This document shows, in pieces, positions 27,899-38,252 of a stretch of DNA of 64,000 bases. The notes below the pieces were generated by a model, which was given only the letters and a program-made list of their open reading frames with translations, had not been told where the DNA came from and ran no database searches. The position numbers and the translations under genes are program-made. This DNA is from an uncultured Candidatus Saccharibacteria bacterium (GTDB lineage: Bacteria; Patescibacteriota; Minisyncoccia; Phycocordibacterales; UBA918): the NCBI GenBank assembly GCA_964402035.1, contig CAYOAM010000001.1, forward strand, positions 24,261-88,260, given 5' to 3'. The stretch's first letter is position 1, and every line of letters starts with the position of its first letter.

Positions 27899-30082
27899 AT
27901 GACTTCGCTTATGGAAACATGGTCTCGCAATTTTATTGTGTACGCTACGTATGCAACAGCATTCCTGCCGTATTTTTTTTGGAATGCACTACTATTTCCA
28001 GGTGTAACGACAAAATCCTTTGTCTTTTTTGCTTTGACAGCATGTGTGGCAGTATTGTTTGCGTATCGACTGTATCTTGGGTACGAACGAGAAATTAAAA
28101 TTACGCCATTGCAGGTAAGTTTTGTTGTACTGGTGGGGCTGTTCATAGTCACGTCGTTCTTTGCAGAAAATCCCCAACTGGCTCTATGGAGCACAATCGG
28201 TCGCATGGAGGGTGCGTTTTTTTGGTTGCATATGGCAGTGTGGTTTGTCATTACCTCAACCGTATTGACTCGACACGAATGGATGAACTTTATTAGGACA
28301 GCAACTATTGCCGGCGCTGGTGTTGTTTGTTTGGGGTTGCTCCAGTTTGCTGGCTATTTTGCAATGGATGATCGTGTAGATATTTTGTTTTCAAATCCGA
28401 TTTACCTCGCCGTCTACGCCTTGTGGATTTTTGGGTTGAGCATTTTCTTGTGTTCTCAGACTAGTGATTTTAGGCAGACATATGGCTACATAGTAATCGC
28501 TCTATTCTCGCTCATTGTTATTGTCCTTACATCAACACGAAGCGTTATTATAGGGCTAGGAGGAGGTGCGTTCGTTGCCGCCATGTTCTATGTATTTCTA
28601 CGGACAACGTTGCCTTCGGTACGCCGCAGCATCTTGCTTACTCTTGCTGTTCTTATATTAGGATTCGGTGGAATCTTGGCGCTCGCTCACACACATACCT
28701 ATGACATGCCACTACTTGTTGATCGTCTGGATGAAGTGGTATCTAAACCAATAACAGATCAACCACGATATTTTATGTGGGTCGCATCGTTGCGTGGATT
28801 TAGTGAACGACCACAAGGGTGGGGGCTCGAGCAGTACGCAAGTGTATTTGATCGCTTTGTGCAACCACAATACTTTAATCCACAGATTGTGCCGCATGAC
28901 GAACTGTGGGTCGACCGCACACACAATATGTATCTTGAGGTACTTGTTGCGGGTGGCTTTGCAGCTTTTTTTTCATATATATTTTTCTGCATATATATAG
29001 GGTACATGGTATGGAGGAAGTCTTCTCTCAGTGTCATCGGCCGCTTGGTGTTGTTGGGTCTATTAGTGGCATACCTGATTCATAATCTGTTTGCGTTCGA
29101 TACGCTCATGAGTTTGTTAGTATTTTTAAGTGTATGTAGTTTTATCGGAGCCACATCGCAAGAGACACAATTTAGACTTAATAAACCTCTGATCGTGCAT
29201 GGTTGTGCCGTGTTGCTCTGTGTATTTGCGGCCGTATCCTTGATGTCTATATATCCACGCGCAGTATTTACGTATGAGATGCGGGCTGCGCTCAATACAT
29301 ACGCTCATGATATTGGTGCCGGAACTAAAGAACTCGCAGCACTCACTGCACGGGATGTTGTTCTACCTGATAGAGATCTTGCGGAACAAACCCTGTATGC
29401 AAAGTTGTTGGAAACGATGGACTCAGGAGAGTTTTCAAAATATAGCCAAAATTTTGAATCAGTATTATCTGGCGTCACAGCAGCAGGTACCAGAACGGAT
29501 TGGCGCTCACTACGTACCGTATATCTGCGGGGGCTTTTTCTCAAACGGTCTGGCTTACCACATGAGGCACTACCATACTTGCATGAAGTCCATGATCGTA
29601 TGTCTCAGAAATTTGCGCTAACGGCAGAATTAGTACGAGTCCATCGTGACCTGCATGATTTTGAACGCATGGCATATTATGCAAAGGAGATGTACGACTT
29701 TGATCTATCGAATAGAGATGCAGCCGCACTCTATGCGTCAGCACTCATATATGAGGGAAAGGCCGATGCATCACAACAACTACTAAAGAAAGCTTTTGGA
29801 TCGACCAACGTTGTCCATCTTGATCTTATTCGTGCTCGCATAGATACTGGTGAGCTCCAGTTAGCAAAGGAACAGGCTTCAGCGCTGACGGTGGCGTATT
29901 ATGACAGTCCAATATCCTGGTCACTACTTGCCGAAGCACAGTATCTGTCAGGAGACATAGAGCGAGCAAAACGAACCATTGATCGCGGTTTAGAAAAAGT
30001 AAGTCGACAAAAACAGCTGCTAACAATGCTCCGGGATGGCATCAAGAAAGGTGATCCAGATTTTACGATTCTGAATCCGTAA
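27899..30082 (+). CDS. O-antigen ligase/Wzy_C-like polytopic membrane protein with a C-terminal TPR-repeat domain
   Basis: About 12 TM segments with DRTHNMYLEVLVAGGFAAFF (the Wzy_C H-N-x-YL-x-x-L-x-E-x-G motif). The C-terminal ~280 aa are soluble and TPR-like (AALYASALIYEGKADASQQLLKKA...). Confidence 0.55.
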   Translation: MTSLMETWSRNFIVYATYATAFLPYFFWNALLFPGVTTKSFVFFALTACVAVLFAYRLYLGYEREIKITPLQVSFVVLVGLFIVTSFFAENPQLALWSTIGRMEGAFFWLHMAVWFVITSTVLTRHEWMNFIRTATIAGAGVVCLGLLQFAGYFAMDDRVDILFSNPIYLAVYALWIFGLSIFLCSQTSDFRQTYGYIVIALFSLIVIVLTSTRSVIIGLGGGAFVAAMFYVFLRTTLPSVRRSILLTLAVLILGFGGILALAHTHTYDMPLLVDRLDEVVSKPITDQPRYFMWVASLRGFSERPQGWGLEQYASVFDRFVQPQYFNPQIVPHDELWVDRTHNMYLEVLVAGGFAAFFSYIFFCIYIGYMVWRKSSLSVIGRLVLLGLLVAYLIHNLFAFDTLMSLLVFLSVCSFIGATSQETQFRLNKPLIVHGCAVLLCVFAAVSLMSIYPRAVFTYEMRAALNTYAHDIGAGTKELAALTARDVVLPDRDLAEQTLYAKLLETMDSGEFSKYSQNFESVLSGVTAAGTRTDWRSLRTVYLRGLFLKRSGLPHEALPYLHEVHDRMSQKFALTAELVRVHRDLHDFERMAYYAKEMYDFDLSNRDAAALYASALIYEGKADASQQLLKKAFGSTNVVHLDLIRARIDTGELQLAKEQASALTVAYYDSPISWSLLAEAQYLSGDIERAKRTIDRGLEKVSRQKQLLTMLRDGIKKGDPDFTILNP

Positions 30083-31334
30083 CCATTCGGTCTATCGCAA
30101 CAATAATGATGCCAGAGGATAATTCATTAATAATTTTTGCCCATATGACGCCGGTAAGGCCAAAAGGAACTGCTAAAGAAATCATAATTAAGATGTGCGC
30201 AATGGTGGCGATCTGTGAGTAGGTTTGTAACGCCCGCATGTTACGTATGGCAACCCAATAAATCGTACATACGAGCGTTGGGTAGGCAATGATTGATAGT
30301 AAAAGAATGCGCGCAAACGGGGCAACTTGCGTAAATGTCGCAAATAACTGAGGCATTATATACTCGACAAAAAAAAGTAATGTGATACCCCCGCATATTC
30401 CCAAGATGCTAGCGACAACAAGCCATGTCTCAAAAGGACGCTGCTGCTCATCCTGCTGTATGTGCGGCAATATATAGAACTGTAACAAATTTTTGTACGC
30501 GGTTTTGAAATGCTCAATAGGGAGTGTTGCAATCACGTAGGTAGCCAAGGCGAGCGGGCCTAGCACTATGAAGACGAGTATTTTTTCAATGGCAGGCAAC
30601 AGAGCCAATGGAAACTGTATAAGCGTTAATTGTCGACCAAACAATGAGTCAGCGTACGCTTTTCGGTGTTGGTGAATGTGCGTGGTATGTGTTTTTGGCA
30701 ACTTTTGTGCTACATACATAAGTGCGAGTAGGGTGGTCGCGGCTTGGCTGCCGAGGTACAGAATAATAATTCCACTTGCGGAATTAAATAATATGCCACC
30801 AAAGGTAGCACCTACGAGCGCGCTCAAAACAATGCCAACATCGACTACAATTTTTATTTTGAATGCTTTAATGCCAGCCAGCACTAGCCCGGGTACCAGA
30901 TAGAGATTCGAGAGGGGAGTTATCAGTCCACCAATGACGCAGGCGAGCCCTAATTCATACTGACCGATACTGTAGTGATAGCATGCGACAAGTACTGACC
31001 CTAAGATTGAACCTGCACCCCACGCATATTGGGAACGAATCATAGCCCAATACCCTTTTTGCGTAATGGTTGATGCACTATGACTCAAAACTTGACTTAT
31101 GCCTGGTAGCGACCAAAACGAAAGGATTGCGAAAAGGGCAATAAGATATCGTATTTCGCCGAAGCGTTCCGGTGAGTTGAAACGGGCAAGCAGCACCACA
31201 ATACCCGCAGAGCCAATACTTAAGAGGATTTGATTTACTACGACGTAGTAGAGCGACGTGTGTTCTTGCGCAAATGAAAACACGGTGCGTAATCGACGCT
31301 GAAGCCACATCATAGGAGTGCTAGGATCAACCAT
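30063..31334 (-). CDS. polytopic membrane protein, putative oligosaccharide flippase (MOP/Wzx-like)
   Basis: 423 aa, about 12 TM helices, between two Wzy_C-like genes. The family call is weak. Confidence 0.35.
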   Translation of the reverse strand: MVDPSTPMMWLQRRLRTVFSFAQEHTSLYYVVVNQILLSIGSAGIVVLLARFNSPERFGEIRYLIALFAILSFWSLPGISQVLSHSASTITQKGYWAMIRSQYAWGAGSILGSVLVACYHYSIGQYELGLACVIGGLITPLSNLYLVPGLVLAGIKAFKIKIVVDVGIVLSALVGATFGGILFNSASGIIILYLGSQAATTLLALMYVAQKLPKTHTTHIHQHRKAYADSLFGRQLTLIQFPLALLPAIEKILVFIVLGPLALATYVIATLPIEHFKTAYKNLLQFYILPHIQQDEQQRPFETWLVVASILGICGGITLLFFVEYIMPQLFATFTQVAPFARILLLSIIAYPTLVCTIYWVAIRNMRALQTYSQIATIAHILIMISLAVPFGLTGVIWAKIINELSSGIIIVAIDRMVTDSES

Positions 31335-32488
31335 AGATGCCTAAAATGAAGGGTGTCTATAAAAAAACTTTGAGCCAAAATACCGAGCACGGTAGAAAAT
31401 AACACAATCGCGTAGACGTCATGCGTCGTCGTAATAGAGCGATAGGAACGTCTCAAAAGTAAGAACAGAAATAGCAAAAGTATGACAAGGCCGACGGCGC
31501 CGTTCTCAATCAATACTCGCAGATATGTATTGTGTGCCGAAAAACCACGATAGGAATATATTTCATAACTTCCGTTCCCAGAACCCCGTAGTATTTCAAT
31601 GAAGCTTCGTTCAACAAGAACGTCGTATGCGCGTTCTAGATTCTCAATACGCGGAGTGTCTGATGCGGTTATGCGATTTTGTAACCGCATAATCGGTTCT
31701 GTCTGGCCCAGTGCTGCAAAGCTTCCTACCGCAATCGTTGCTAGAAAGAGTCCAATATACACGAGGCGTCGAAGCACAATAATACGTGGTAGGAGTGTGT
31801 ACTTGAGTAGTATATAGGTTACTGCAGCTATGGAAATTAATGCGTTGATCCAAGCCCCGCGAGATACAGTAAGTATGAGTGCGAACACGAGCAGTATGGT
31901 TGGTAGTGCATACAGTATCCTTTTTACTCTATAGGTGGTTGTGTACATAGCAACAAGTGCACTAATAAGCGCTGGAACTAGAAATGCGCCAAAGACATTC
32001 GGATCAGAGAAGAACACTTGCAATCGACCGGTATCAGAAAAGAGTGATGGAAGTGCGAAAGTTTGCCGCACTGCATACGCAAGACATCCGATAAGTGCCG
32101 TAAGTGTAGCGCCCAAGCAATACCCACTCCACAGTGCCTCGCGGTAGGTTCGCCAATAGTTGATAAGAAAAAATAAGCCAATGAGGTAGAGAGTAGCTTG
32201 TGTGAATGCTAGTTGGCTTTCAGGCAAGAATAGTGCGCTGCATATAACAAGTATCAGAAAGGCATAAAGCGCTTGTGTGTGGCGCTCCGCCAATGTTACT
32301 TTAAAATATGGTAGCCAGTGATGCCGGGTAATAGTCGTGATGCCAAGGAGAGCAAGCGCGATATCGATTGGGCTCAGCGACGAAAATGAAAAAGCAAATA
32401 GGATGCCAAGTGATACAAAGAGGGTGCGGTTGGCGAGGGTAAGCGGCATAGTGATGACGGCAATTGTCGGGCACACTATAGCATACAT
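31310..32488 (-). CDS. O-antigen ligase/Wzy_C-like membrane protein
   Basis: Multi-TM with FSAHNTYLRVLIENGAVGLVILLLF (the Wzy_C/WaaL HN-YL...E-G motif). Confidence 0.55.
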   Translation of the reverse strand: MYAIVCPTIAVITMPLTLANRTLFVSLGILFAFSFSSLSPIDIALALLGITTITRHHWLPYFKVTLAERHTQALYAFLILVICSALFLPESQLAFTQATLYLIGLFFLINYWRTYREALWSGYCLGATLTALIGCLAYAVRQTFALPSLFSDTGRLQVFFSDPNVFGAFLVPALISALVAMYTTTYRVKRILYALPTILLVFALILTVSRGAWINALISIAAVTYILLKYTLLPRIIVLRRLVYIGLFLATIAVGSFAALGQTEPIMRLQNRITASDTPRIENLERAYDVLVERSFIEILRGSGNGSYEIYSYRGFSAHNTYLRVLIENGAVGLVILLLFLFLLLRRSYRSITTTHDVYAIVLFSTVLGILAQSFFIDTLHFRHLWLILALL

Positions 32489-32943
32489 GACGCATGTATT
32501 CGCCTTTTACATATTGTGTCATCGATTGCGTATCTGCTGTAACAAATAGACTGATTTTGCGGCTAGTTCTCGTAGGGTCGAAGAGTATTATTTCTCGCTA
32601 AACACAAAATGTTTATGGACACTAATGCAAATAAGGCGAACGTAAGCCAAGCAGAAAAAATGCGTCTTAAAACTGACGCCGAAACGAAGAAGTATGAGTC
32701 AGGAATGTCGACTGATGCTGCCGCGGCAGCTCATAAAAATGCAGAAGAAAAGAAATGATATTTGCTCGCATAGTATTTTTTTAACATAATAAAAACATAT
32801 GAAAGATACACTCCTCAAGGCGCGTAAAAATTATGACGAAGATGAAGATTTTTCTGATCCTGAAATGAAGCTTGTATAGCGGTGCGCCTTGAGCGTTTCC
32901 CACAACAAAAAAATCCCTCACATGAGGGATTTTTTTGAAATAT

Positions 32944-33171
32944 TTATTGTGGATCTGGATCAGGTCCTGGATCACATGAGCCAATAGTATCTCCGTGATT
33001 TTGTACGTGTGCATCCACTGCTGGTGCACCAACGGTGATCTCGTGCCCTTTGTGGCAGATAGTGACTTTCTCTTGCCCTGCGTTAGCAAATGCAATCGTA
33101 CTCAAAAAAAGTCCGAGCACTATCGTAGCAATTGCCAAATAGGTTGTAGTGTTAGTGCGTGTGTTTGTCAT
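32944..33171 (-). CDS. small exported protein (75 aa) with a His/Cys-rich tail
   Basis: Signal/TM segment, then VTICHKGHEITVGAPAVDAHVQNHGDTIGSCDPGPDPDP. Confidence 0.3.
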   Translation of the reverse strand: MTNTRTNTTTYLAIATIVLGLFLSTIAFANAGQEKVTICHKGHEITVGAPAVDAHVQNHGDTIGSCDPGPDPDPQ

Positions 33172-33225
33172 GGTGTAATTATTATGAATAACTACTAAAT
33201 TATACCGCGCATGTTACAGCAGATT

Positions 33226-33471
33226 TCAATTCATACGTTCATAACCGAGAGGTTCTCGTAGCCATTCAGCAACACCGCTGTGTCTGTGGCACACAAAGCG
33301 TCTAATCTCTGCACTACTGTACGTACCGTCAACACATAGGGCCGTGGGATTTTCTGGTGTTGGAAATTCACTTTGTGCCAAGGTCACTATTTCTGTAGCA
33401 AGGAGGCTTCCCGAGACAAAAACGAGCATAAAAATCCACATGAGAAGTTTGTGAGATTGTATGATATGCAT
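33226..33471 (-). CDS. small exported Cys-containing protein (81 aa)
   Basis: Signal peptide, then ALCVDGTYSSAEIRRFVCHRHSGV. Confidence 0.3.
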   Translation of the reverse strand: MHIIQSHKLLMWIFMLVFVSGSLLATEIVTLAQSEFPTPENPTALCVDGTYSSAEIRRFVCHRHSGVAEWLREPLGYERMN

Positions 33472-33592
33472 ACTTCTTACAACATATGCGGTTTAATTTA
33501 GGTTTCCATTTGAGAATTGGCTAACAATCTAATATAGAAATAAAAAAATGCCTTATGATTTCAGTCATGAGGCAGTTTGGTGTTTATGCATT

Positions 33593-34174
33593 TCATCGGA
33601 ACGTCATATAGTGGGCAGCGAAACTAACTTCTCCCGCGCTAAGGTAGCCATATCTCTCCCGACGCCCAGCATTTGCTGTCAGATAAAAGTCGCGGAAGCC
33701 AAGCATCATCGCAGTCAGATCTACCGCTTCTTCGTGTTCTCGAAGTGGATGATTGACAGCATTTAGTACGACATGGCTGAATTCGTGAGCGATAGCGCAC
33801 ACAATTTCTTCAAAACCTCCAGTGTCCAAGAAGTTTTTTCGGAGAAACAACGTGACCGAGGTCCTGCGGAAATCTGATGTCCCAAAGGCGGGCATTGGAC
33901 TCGGGAGTAGGATCCAAGCTGGCGCATTTGGGCCACCACTACTCACAATTCCTAAGGTAACCTTCATATCGAGATTCATCATTTCTCGAATAGTACGAAC
34001 CATGTCCACATAGTTCCTTTGTTTGTACTGTGCTATTAGTACTTCCTCAGGAATACTCATACGCAGTGTGCCTAATGAAGTGCGTAGTTGTTGGATATGT
34101 GACGCAACAAGGTCGGTGCGCATTCGTATCTCCCAAAAAATGATGGCCTTGCCCGTATGTTGAAGAACACTCAA
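33593..34174 (-). CDS. putative zinc metallopeptidase (HEXXH)
   Basis: AIAHEFSHVVLNAVNHPLREHEE contains HEFSH plus a downstream His/Glu. Confidence 0.4.
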   Translation of the reverse strand: MSVLQHTGKAIIFWEIRMRTDLVASHIQQLRTSLGTLRMSIPEEVLIAQYKQRNYVDMVRTIREMMNLDMKVTLGIVSSGGPNAPAWILLPSPMPAFGTSDFRRTSVTLFLRKNFLDTGGFEEIVCAIAHEFSHVVLNAVNHPLREHEEAVDLTAMMLGFRDFYLTANAGRRERYGYLSAGEVSFAAHYMTFR

Positions 34175-34290
34175 TAGCGCTATTTACGCACATAGATTAC
34201 TGAGCGTTATATAGCGATGGCAAACGAATGTCAACTATCATGAAGTGCGATGGGGTTAGTCAGAGAATTTTTCTAGGTATCATTGATCGA

Positions 34291-36186
34291 CTACTTTAGA
34301 CCAAAATACCGTGGGAATAGGGGAATGCTTCCGCCTTTAGTTTTTCCTTCGACAATGGGGAGTTGCAATACCGTGGATGGCCATGGAATTGGAAGTGTGC
34401 CGGTAAATGGTTTTTTGCCAAATAAGACATCGGCGACACCAGCGCCTTCACTTCCTGGAAGCCATGCAACGACAACTGCGTTCCAGTCTTGAATCTGATC
34501 AGTAATCATGAGGGGTCGTCCAGTGACTAACACAACGACAACGGCGTCGCTTACTTCCTGCAGTCGATAAATATTAGCAAGATCTTCCTCACTGAGAGAT
34601 GGATTTTGATTATCACCCCAACCTTCTGCGTAGGGTGCTTCACCCACAATAGCAATTCCAATGTCTGCTTTTAGAGAGTTGAGAGGGAAGTTTGCTTGGG
34701 CATCAAACTCTATCGTCGTTCCTTGTGGGGCAGACTCGCGTACACCCTGCAGGATCGAAGTTGCGCCCGGTAGCCAATTTCCGTCGATTCCTTGCCACTC
34801 GACAGTCCAGGCACCTGCTTGTTTCCCAATATTGTCGGCAGCACTTCCTGCGACGCGGATCAGAGATGTGTTTCTCTTAATAGGCAGTAGAGTGCTCTTA
34901 TTTTTGAGAAGTACCAGAGACTTGGCTACCGCATCGCGCGCAAGTGTGCGGTGCGCAGGTGATCCAATCTGGTCAATATTTTTTTTATCTAACGTATCAA
35001 AAAGGCCCAGTTTAAACTTTGCGGTTAGGATTCGCTCCACCGCATCGTCTATTCGTGATTCTGCGATATCACCATTCTTCACGGCTCGCCGAATATTTCT
35101 GACAAACTCTTGATAATCAAACGGTAGCATGACCATATCAACACCTGCATTGATGGCAGTGACTGCCGCAGTGTAATTTCCTCCAGGGATTTCATATACG
35201 CCATACCAATCCGACACCACAAAACCTTTGAATCCAAGTTCGTCTTTCAGTACTGATTGTACGAGATAGGAAGATGCTGCAAGTTTTGTCTCACCCCAGC
35301 TATTGAGTCCGACCATGACACTGGCTGCGCCTGTTTCGATCGCTTTTTTAAATGGAGGAAGGTAGTACGTACGGAGTTTCTCCTCATCTATCAAGGTCAT
35401 CCCTTGGTCAATTTTAAAATTCTCGTTACTCGCACTGCCCCAGAGCATCCCCCCGGCGCCGATGTAATGCTTTGGTGTTGCAAGGACTGAAATCGTTGAT
35501 GATGCCTCAGAGGGATTTTCTTGTAACCCACGTATGTATGCACTCCCAAGTTTACTTACGAGCGTAGGGTCATCTGAGAATGTTTCATACACTCGTCCCC
35601 ACCTGATGTCCTCGGGCATGTCGTACGTGGGGGAGTAGCTCCACCGCACATTGGTGGCGAGTAGTTCATCCGCAGTTGCCCGAGCAACATTTTCGACGAG
35701 TGTTTCATTGCCGCTTGCTCCGAGTCCAATGAAATGTGGAAAGACCGTGGCGCCAGGGATATTGCTGTGGCCATGGATCGCGTCAACGCCATACAAGATA
35801 GGGATGCCTAGGCGTGATGCACGCGATTCTGAGACATAGGTGTCGACCATATTTTTCCAACCCAAGGCTGTATTGTCTTCTGGTTTTCCTCCAAATCCGC
35901 TGAGCATTCCACCAAGGCCATACGTTTGAATATCCTCAAGGTCTCGCAAACTATTTTTTTCTACCAATGCCATTTGTCCGATTTTTTCTTCGAGTGTCAT
36001 GTGTGACATGAGATCAGTGACTCTCGCTTCAACAGAAGCTTTGCCGTCTCGATAGAGAGGATTTTCAGAAAGTTCGGGTATATCGGTAAAGAAAAAGTCA
36101 ATCAGATAATAACTAGCGACTACGCATAGAAGTATACAAACAAGAATTGTAGCCCTCGGTTGCTTCTTAAGAAAACGAAGAGTCAT
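34291..36186 (-). CDS. glycoside hydrolase family 3 (beta-hexosaminidase/beta-glucosidase-like), membrane-anchored
   Basis: GIPILYGVDAIHGH, KGFVVSDW (catalytic Asp region), and the GH3 C-terminal domain. The ORF track extends to 36273, overlapping the upstream gene; the internal Met (MTLRFLKKQ...) followed by a TM segment is the likely start. Confidence 0.75.
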   Translation of the reverse strand: MTLRFLKKQPRATILVCILLCVVASYYLIDFFFTDIPELSENPLYRDGKASVEARVTDLMSHMTLEEKIGQMALVEKNSLRDLEDIQTYGLGGMLSGFGGKPEDNTALGWKNMVDTYVSESRASRLGIPILYGVDAIHGHSNIPGATVFPHFIGLGASGNETLVENVARATADELLATNVRWSYSPTYDMPEDIRWGRVYETFSDDPTLVSKLGSAYIRGLQENPSEASSTISVLATPKHYIGAGGMLWGSASNENFKIDQGMTLIDEEKLRTYYLPPFKKAIETGAASVMVGLNSWGETKLAASSYLVQSVLKDELGFKGFVVSDWYGVYEIPGGNYTAAVTAINAGVDMVMLPFDYQEFVRNIRRAVKNGDIAESRIDDAVERILTAKFKLGLFDTLDKKNIDQIGSPAHRTLARDAVAKSLVLLKNKSTLLPIKRNTSLIRVAGSAADNIGKQAGAWTVEWQGIDGNWLPGATSILQGVRESAPQGTTIEFDAQANFPLNSLKADIGIAIVGEAPYAEGWGDNQNPSLSEEDLANIYRLQEVSDAVVVVLVTGRPLMITDQIQDWNAVVVAWLPGSEGAGVADVLFGKKPFTGTLPIPWPSTVLQLPIVEGKTKGGSIPLFPRYFGLK

Positions 36187-36217
36187 TTGTTTTAGTATAC
36201 AGGATAGAGAACTTGCT

Positions 36218-36754
36218 CTAAGAGACAGAGGTAAGCAGCTTCGTATATGTTCCTTCGATATCGCCAAGTACACTTGCGATAGTTGTAATATTCAGCCGCT
36301 CACTCATTGCTTTTGTCATCCTCTCAAATAAGTTCTCGATTTCAGGCAGATCATCTTTAGAAAGTTTCGGAGAACCATCTTCACCCCAGACACCTCGCTT
36401 TAGTAGTCTATCAATTGCTTCATCTTTCTCAGTTTCAATATAGATTTCATAAAATGAAACATCAAGCCTTTTTGCAATTTCTTCAAATGCTTGAGCGTGG
36501 GTGGAGTCGGTGAGCAAGTAGGGGAGTACCACATCATACCCAGCTTCAAGTTGATTTTCTGTTATTGATTTGGTGTGTTCGAAAACCAATTTTCTTGCTT
36601 CATCCTCATGTTTGCGCCACTGACCCATCATGCCGATGATCTGGTCTCCTTCAATCGCTATTGCAAGTGGATGCTCGTCAACATATCGTTTTGCAAGCGT
36701 CGTCTTGCCGCTTGCAGCGAAACCATACAGTAGAATCAGTTTAGGTTGTCTCAT
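36218..36754 (-). CDS. P-loop kinase (AAA_33/zeta-toxin-like fold)
   Basis: LLYGFAASGKTTLAKRY Walker A at the N-terminus. 178 aa. Confidence 0.5.
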   Translation of the reverse strand: MRQPKLILLYGFAASGKTTLAKRYVDEHPLAIAIEGDQIIGMMGQWRKHEDEARKLVFEHTKSITENQLEAGYDVVLPYLLTDSTHAQAFEEIAKRLDVSFYEIYIETEKDEAIDRLLKRGVWGEDGSPKLSKDDLPEIENLFERMTKAMSERLNITTIASVLGDIEGTYTKLLTSVS

Positions 36755-36757
36755 AAT

Positions 36758-37282
36758 TTACATCTGATTCTTTGCTTCTGGTGTCGGTGGTGTAAAGGTG
36801 TAGTCAGTTTGTTTGATTGCTTCTTGGGGAATCGTTTTGAGCTCTTTTACGGTAACAAAATCTTGGTTGATGGAACCGTCCCCATTCTTTAACATTAGCT
36901 GTACGACACGGTGCATGCCATTGATAAGCCAATCTCCCTGCACGTGAATCGGCTGTCTATAATCTGCTTCTTGAATCCTTTTGATATGCTCTTGGTATTC
37001 AGGATGAATTTCGCTAACTTTTTCATAACCCAGTTCTTGGATAAGTGCAATAAGTGAACGTGGTGTAAATGGTTGCTTGTTTCTGTCAGTCCAGCAGTCG
37101 CGGTCGAGACGATATTCAAAATCAGCAAGCGGTCGCTTAGTCACCGGGTGGCCTTCGGTTAAGTGTATGAGTCTGTTTACGTCGACTAACACTCCGTTAT
37201 TTGACGACGTCTCGCTATTGTCTACCTCATTGCGCAAAGGACGAGCGGGGATGCTTTCCCAAGGAATTCTTCGGCCACTCAT
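36758..37282 (-). CDS. hypothetical protein (174 aa from the internal Met)
   Basis: The ORF is open to 37450, but the upstream part has low coding character. MSGRRIPWESI... at 37282 is the likely start. It is directly coupled to the kinase gene (4-nt gap). Confidence 0.35.
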   Translation of the reverse strand: MSGRRIPWESIPARPLRNEVDNSETSSNNGVLVDVNRLIHLTEGHPVTKRPLADFEYRLDRDCWTDRNKQPFTPRSLIALIQELGYEKVSEIHPEYQEHIKRIQEADYRQPIHVQGDWLINGMHRVVQLMLKNGDGSINQDFVTVKELKTIPQEAIKQTDYTFTPPTPEAKNQM

Positions 37283-37800
37283 GGTGACTGTAGTATAGCA
37301 TTGCCTATATGGGGCTTCAAAAATAGTTTTTAACCTCGCTTTGTGTGATGAATAAAAAAAGCTCCAGTGGGAAGACGTGAGTGTCTTTCGCCACTGGAGC
37401 TTGTATGGAGGGTGGGTGATTCTACAGAGCCGTGACCGAGGCGGCACCATGATTCATGAATTGCGATACACCTAGGCCATTACCACTAAAAACGATGAAC
37501 GGCACGAAGGGCGACAGGTTCGTCGACGTGTCGGGAGGCACAAGAGTGGCATTACCGATCATTGTAATGTTCACCGAACCTCTCAACGCTTCGAATGCCT
37601 TGTCCCTCTTGGCGTCATTGGTGAACAAAGCCAACATCGCTGTATCCGTCATGTGAATCTCCTTGCTTCAACATCAAGTGTTGACGACAGAGATTCTGCT
37701 CTTTTTTAATAGAAAGTCAAGCTGTCCGTTTAAATTTTCTGGCAGTTGCACTGTTCGAGGATAAAAAATGGTTTTCAAATTTTAACGAACCGTCGCACGT

Positions 37801-37954
37801 GTGGTCACGAATCACTTAGTAGAATTTTCGAACTCATGTTCAAAAATTCTACTAAGTGTTCTCGACCCCGGCTCGAAGGTTTTTGCTTTGAAGAGCAAAA
37901 ATATTTCTGTGCCTCGCACAAAAGCAAAAAACCTGCCGCAGGGCAGGTTCCGTG
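37801..37954. repeat. tRNA-flank hairpin module (family-A element, then ttttgc hairpin, then gcacaaaag...cttttgtgc hairpin)
   Basis: Same three-part architecture as downstream of tRNA-Leu(UAG) and tRNA-Cys. Here it is attached only to a tRNA-Tyr fragment. Confidence 0.7.
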
Positions 37955-37971
37955 TCTTTTGTGCGCCGGGT
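37952..37971 (-). repeat. displaced 20-nt copy of the tRNA-Tyr 3' end (putative att-site half)
   Basis: gcgccgggtaggatttgaa is identical to 43970-43989 (the 3' end of intact tRNA-Tyr), in direct orientation, 6.0 kb away. Confidence 0.75.
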
Positions 37972-38175
37972 AGGATTTGAAGTTTACTACTTCAGTACAC
38001 CTCTGAATAGCACCCCATGCTATTCAGCTACTTTTCTGCGCAAAGCTTGAAAAGGTAGCTCGCAAGGTTTTCAAATCCATGCTCCCAACACAAAAGACGT
38101 CCACAAGGGACGCCTTTTCTATTGGGTGCTCCGAACTGGAGGCGATTCGGATTCTATGCCTATAGTCTTCTAAAC

Positions 38176-38204
38176 TTGACACGAATTATAAAACATGATA
38201 TAAT
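38176..38204 (+). promoter_or_regulatory. sigma70-like promoter TTGACA-N17-TATAAT
   Basis: ttgaca at 38176-38181, a 17-nt spacer, tataat at 38199-38204. ggaga SD and ATG (38253) follow. Confidence 0.55.
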
Positions 38205-38252
38205 ATAAGAAGGTAAAGTTCTTCAATTCAAACCCCAAAACGGAGACGTCAA

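Noticed and set aside
36187-36273. First 29 codons of the GH3 ORF-track entry (GTG start)
   Set aside because: They overlap the 3' end of the upstream kinase gene in another frame. The internal ATG followed by a TM anchor is the plausible start. My own reading of the printed bases across the 36240/36241 line break gave a one-base discrepancy with the ORF track, so coordinates here may be off by 1.
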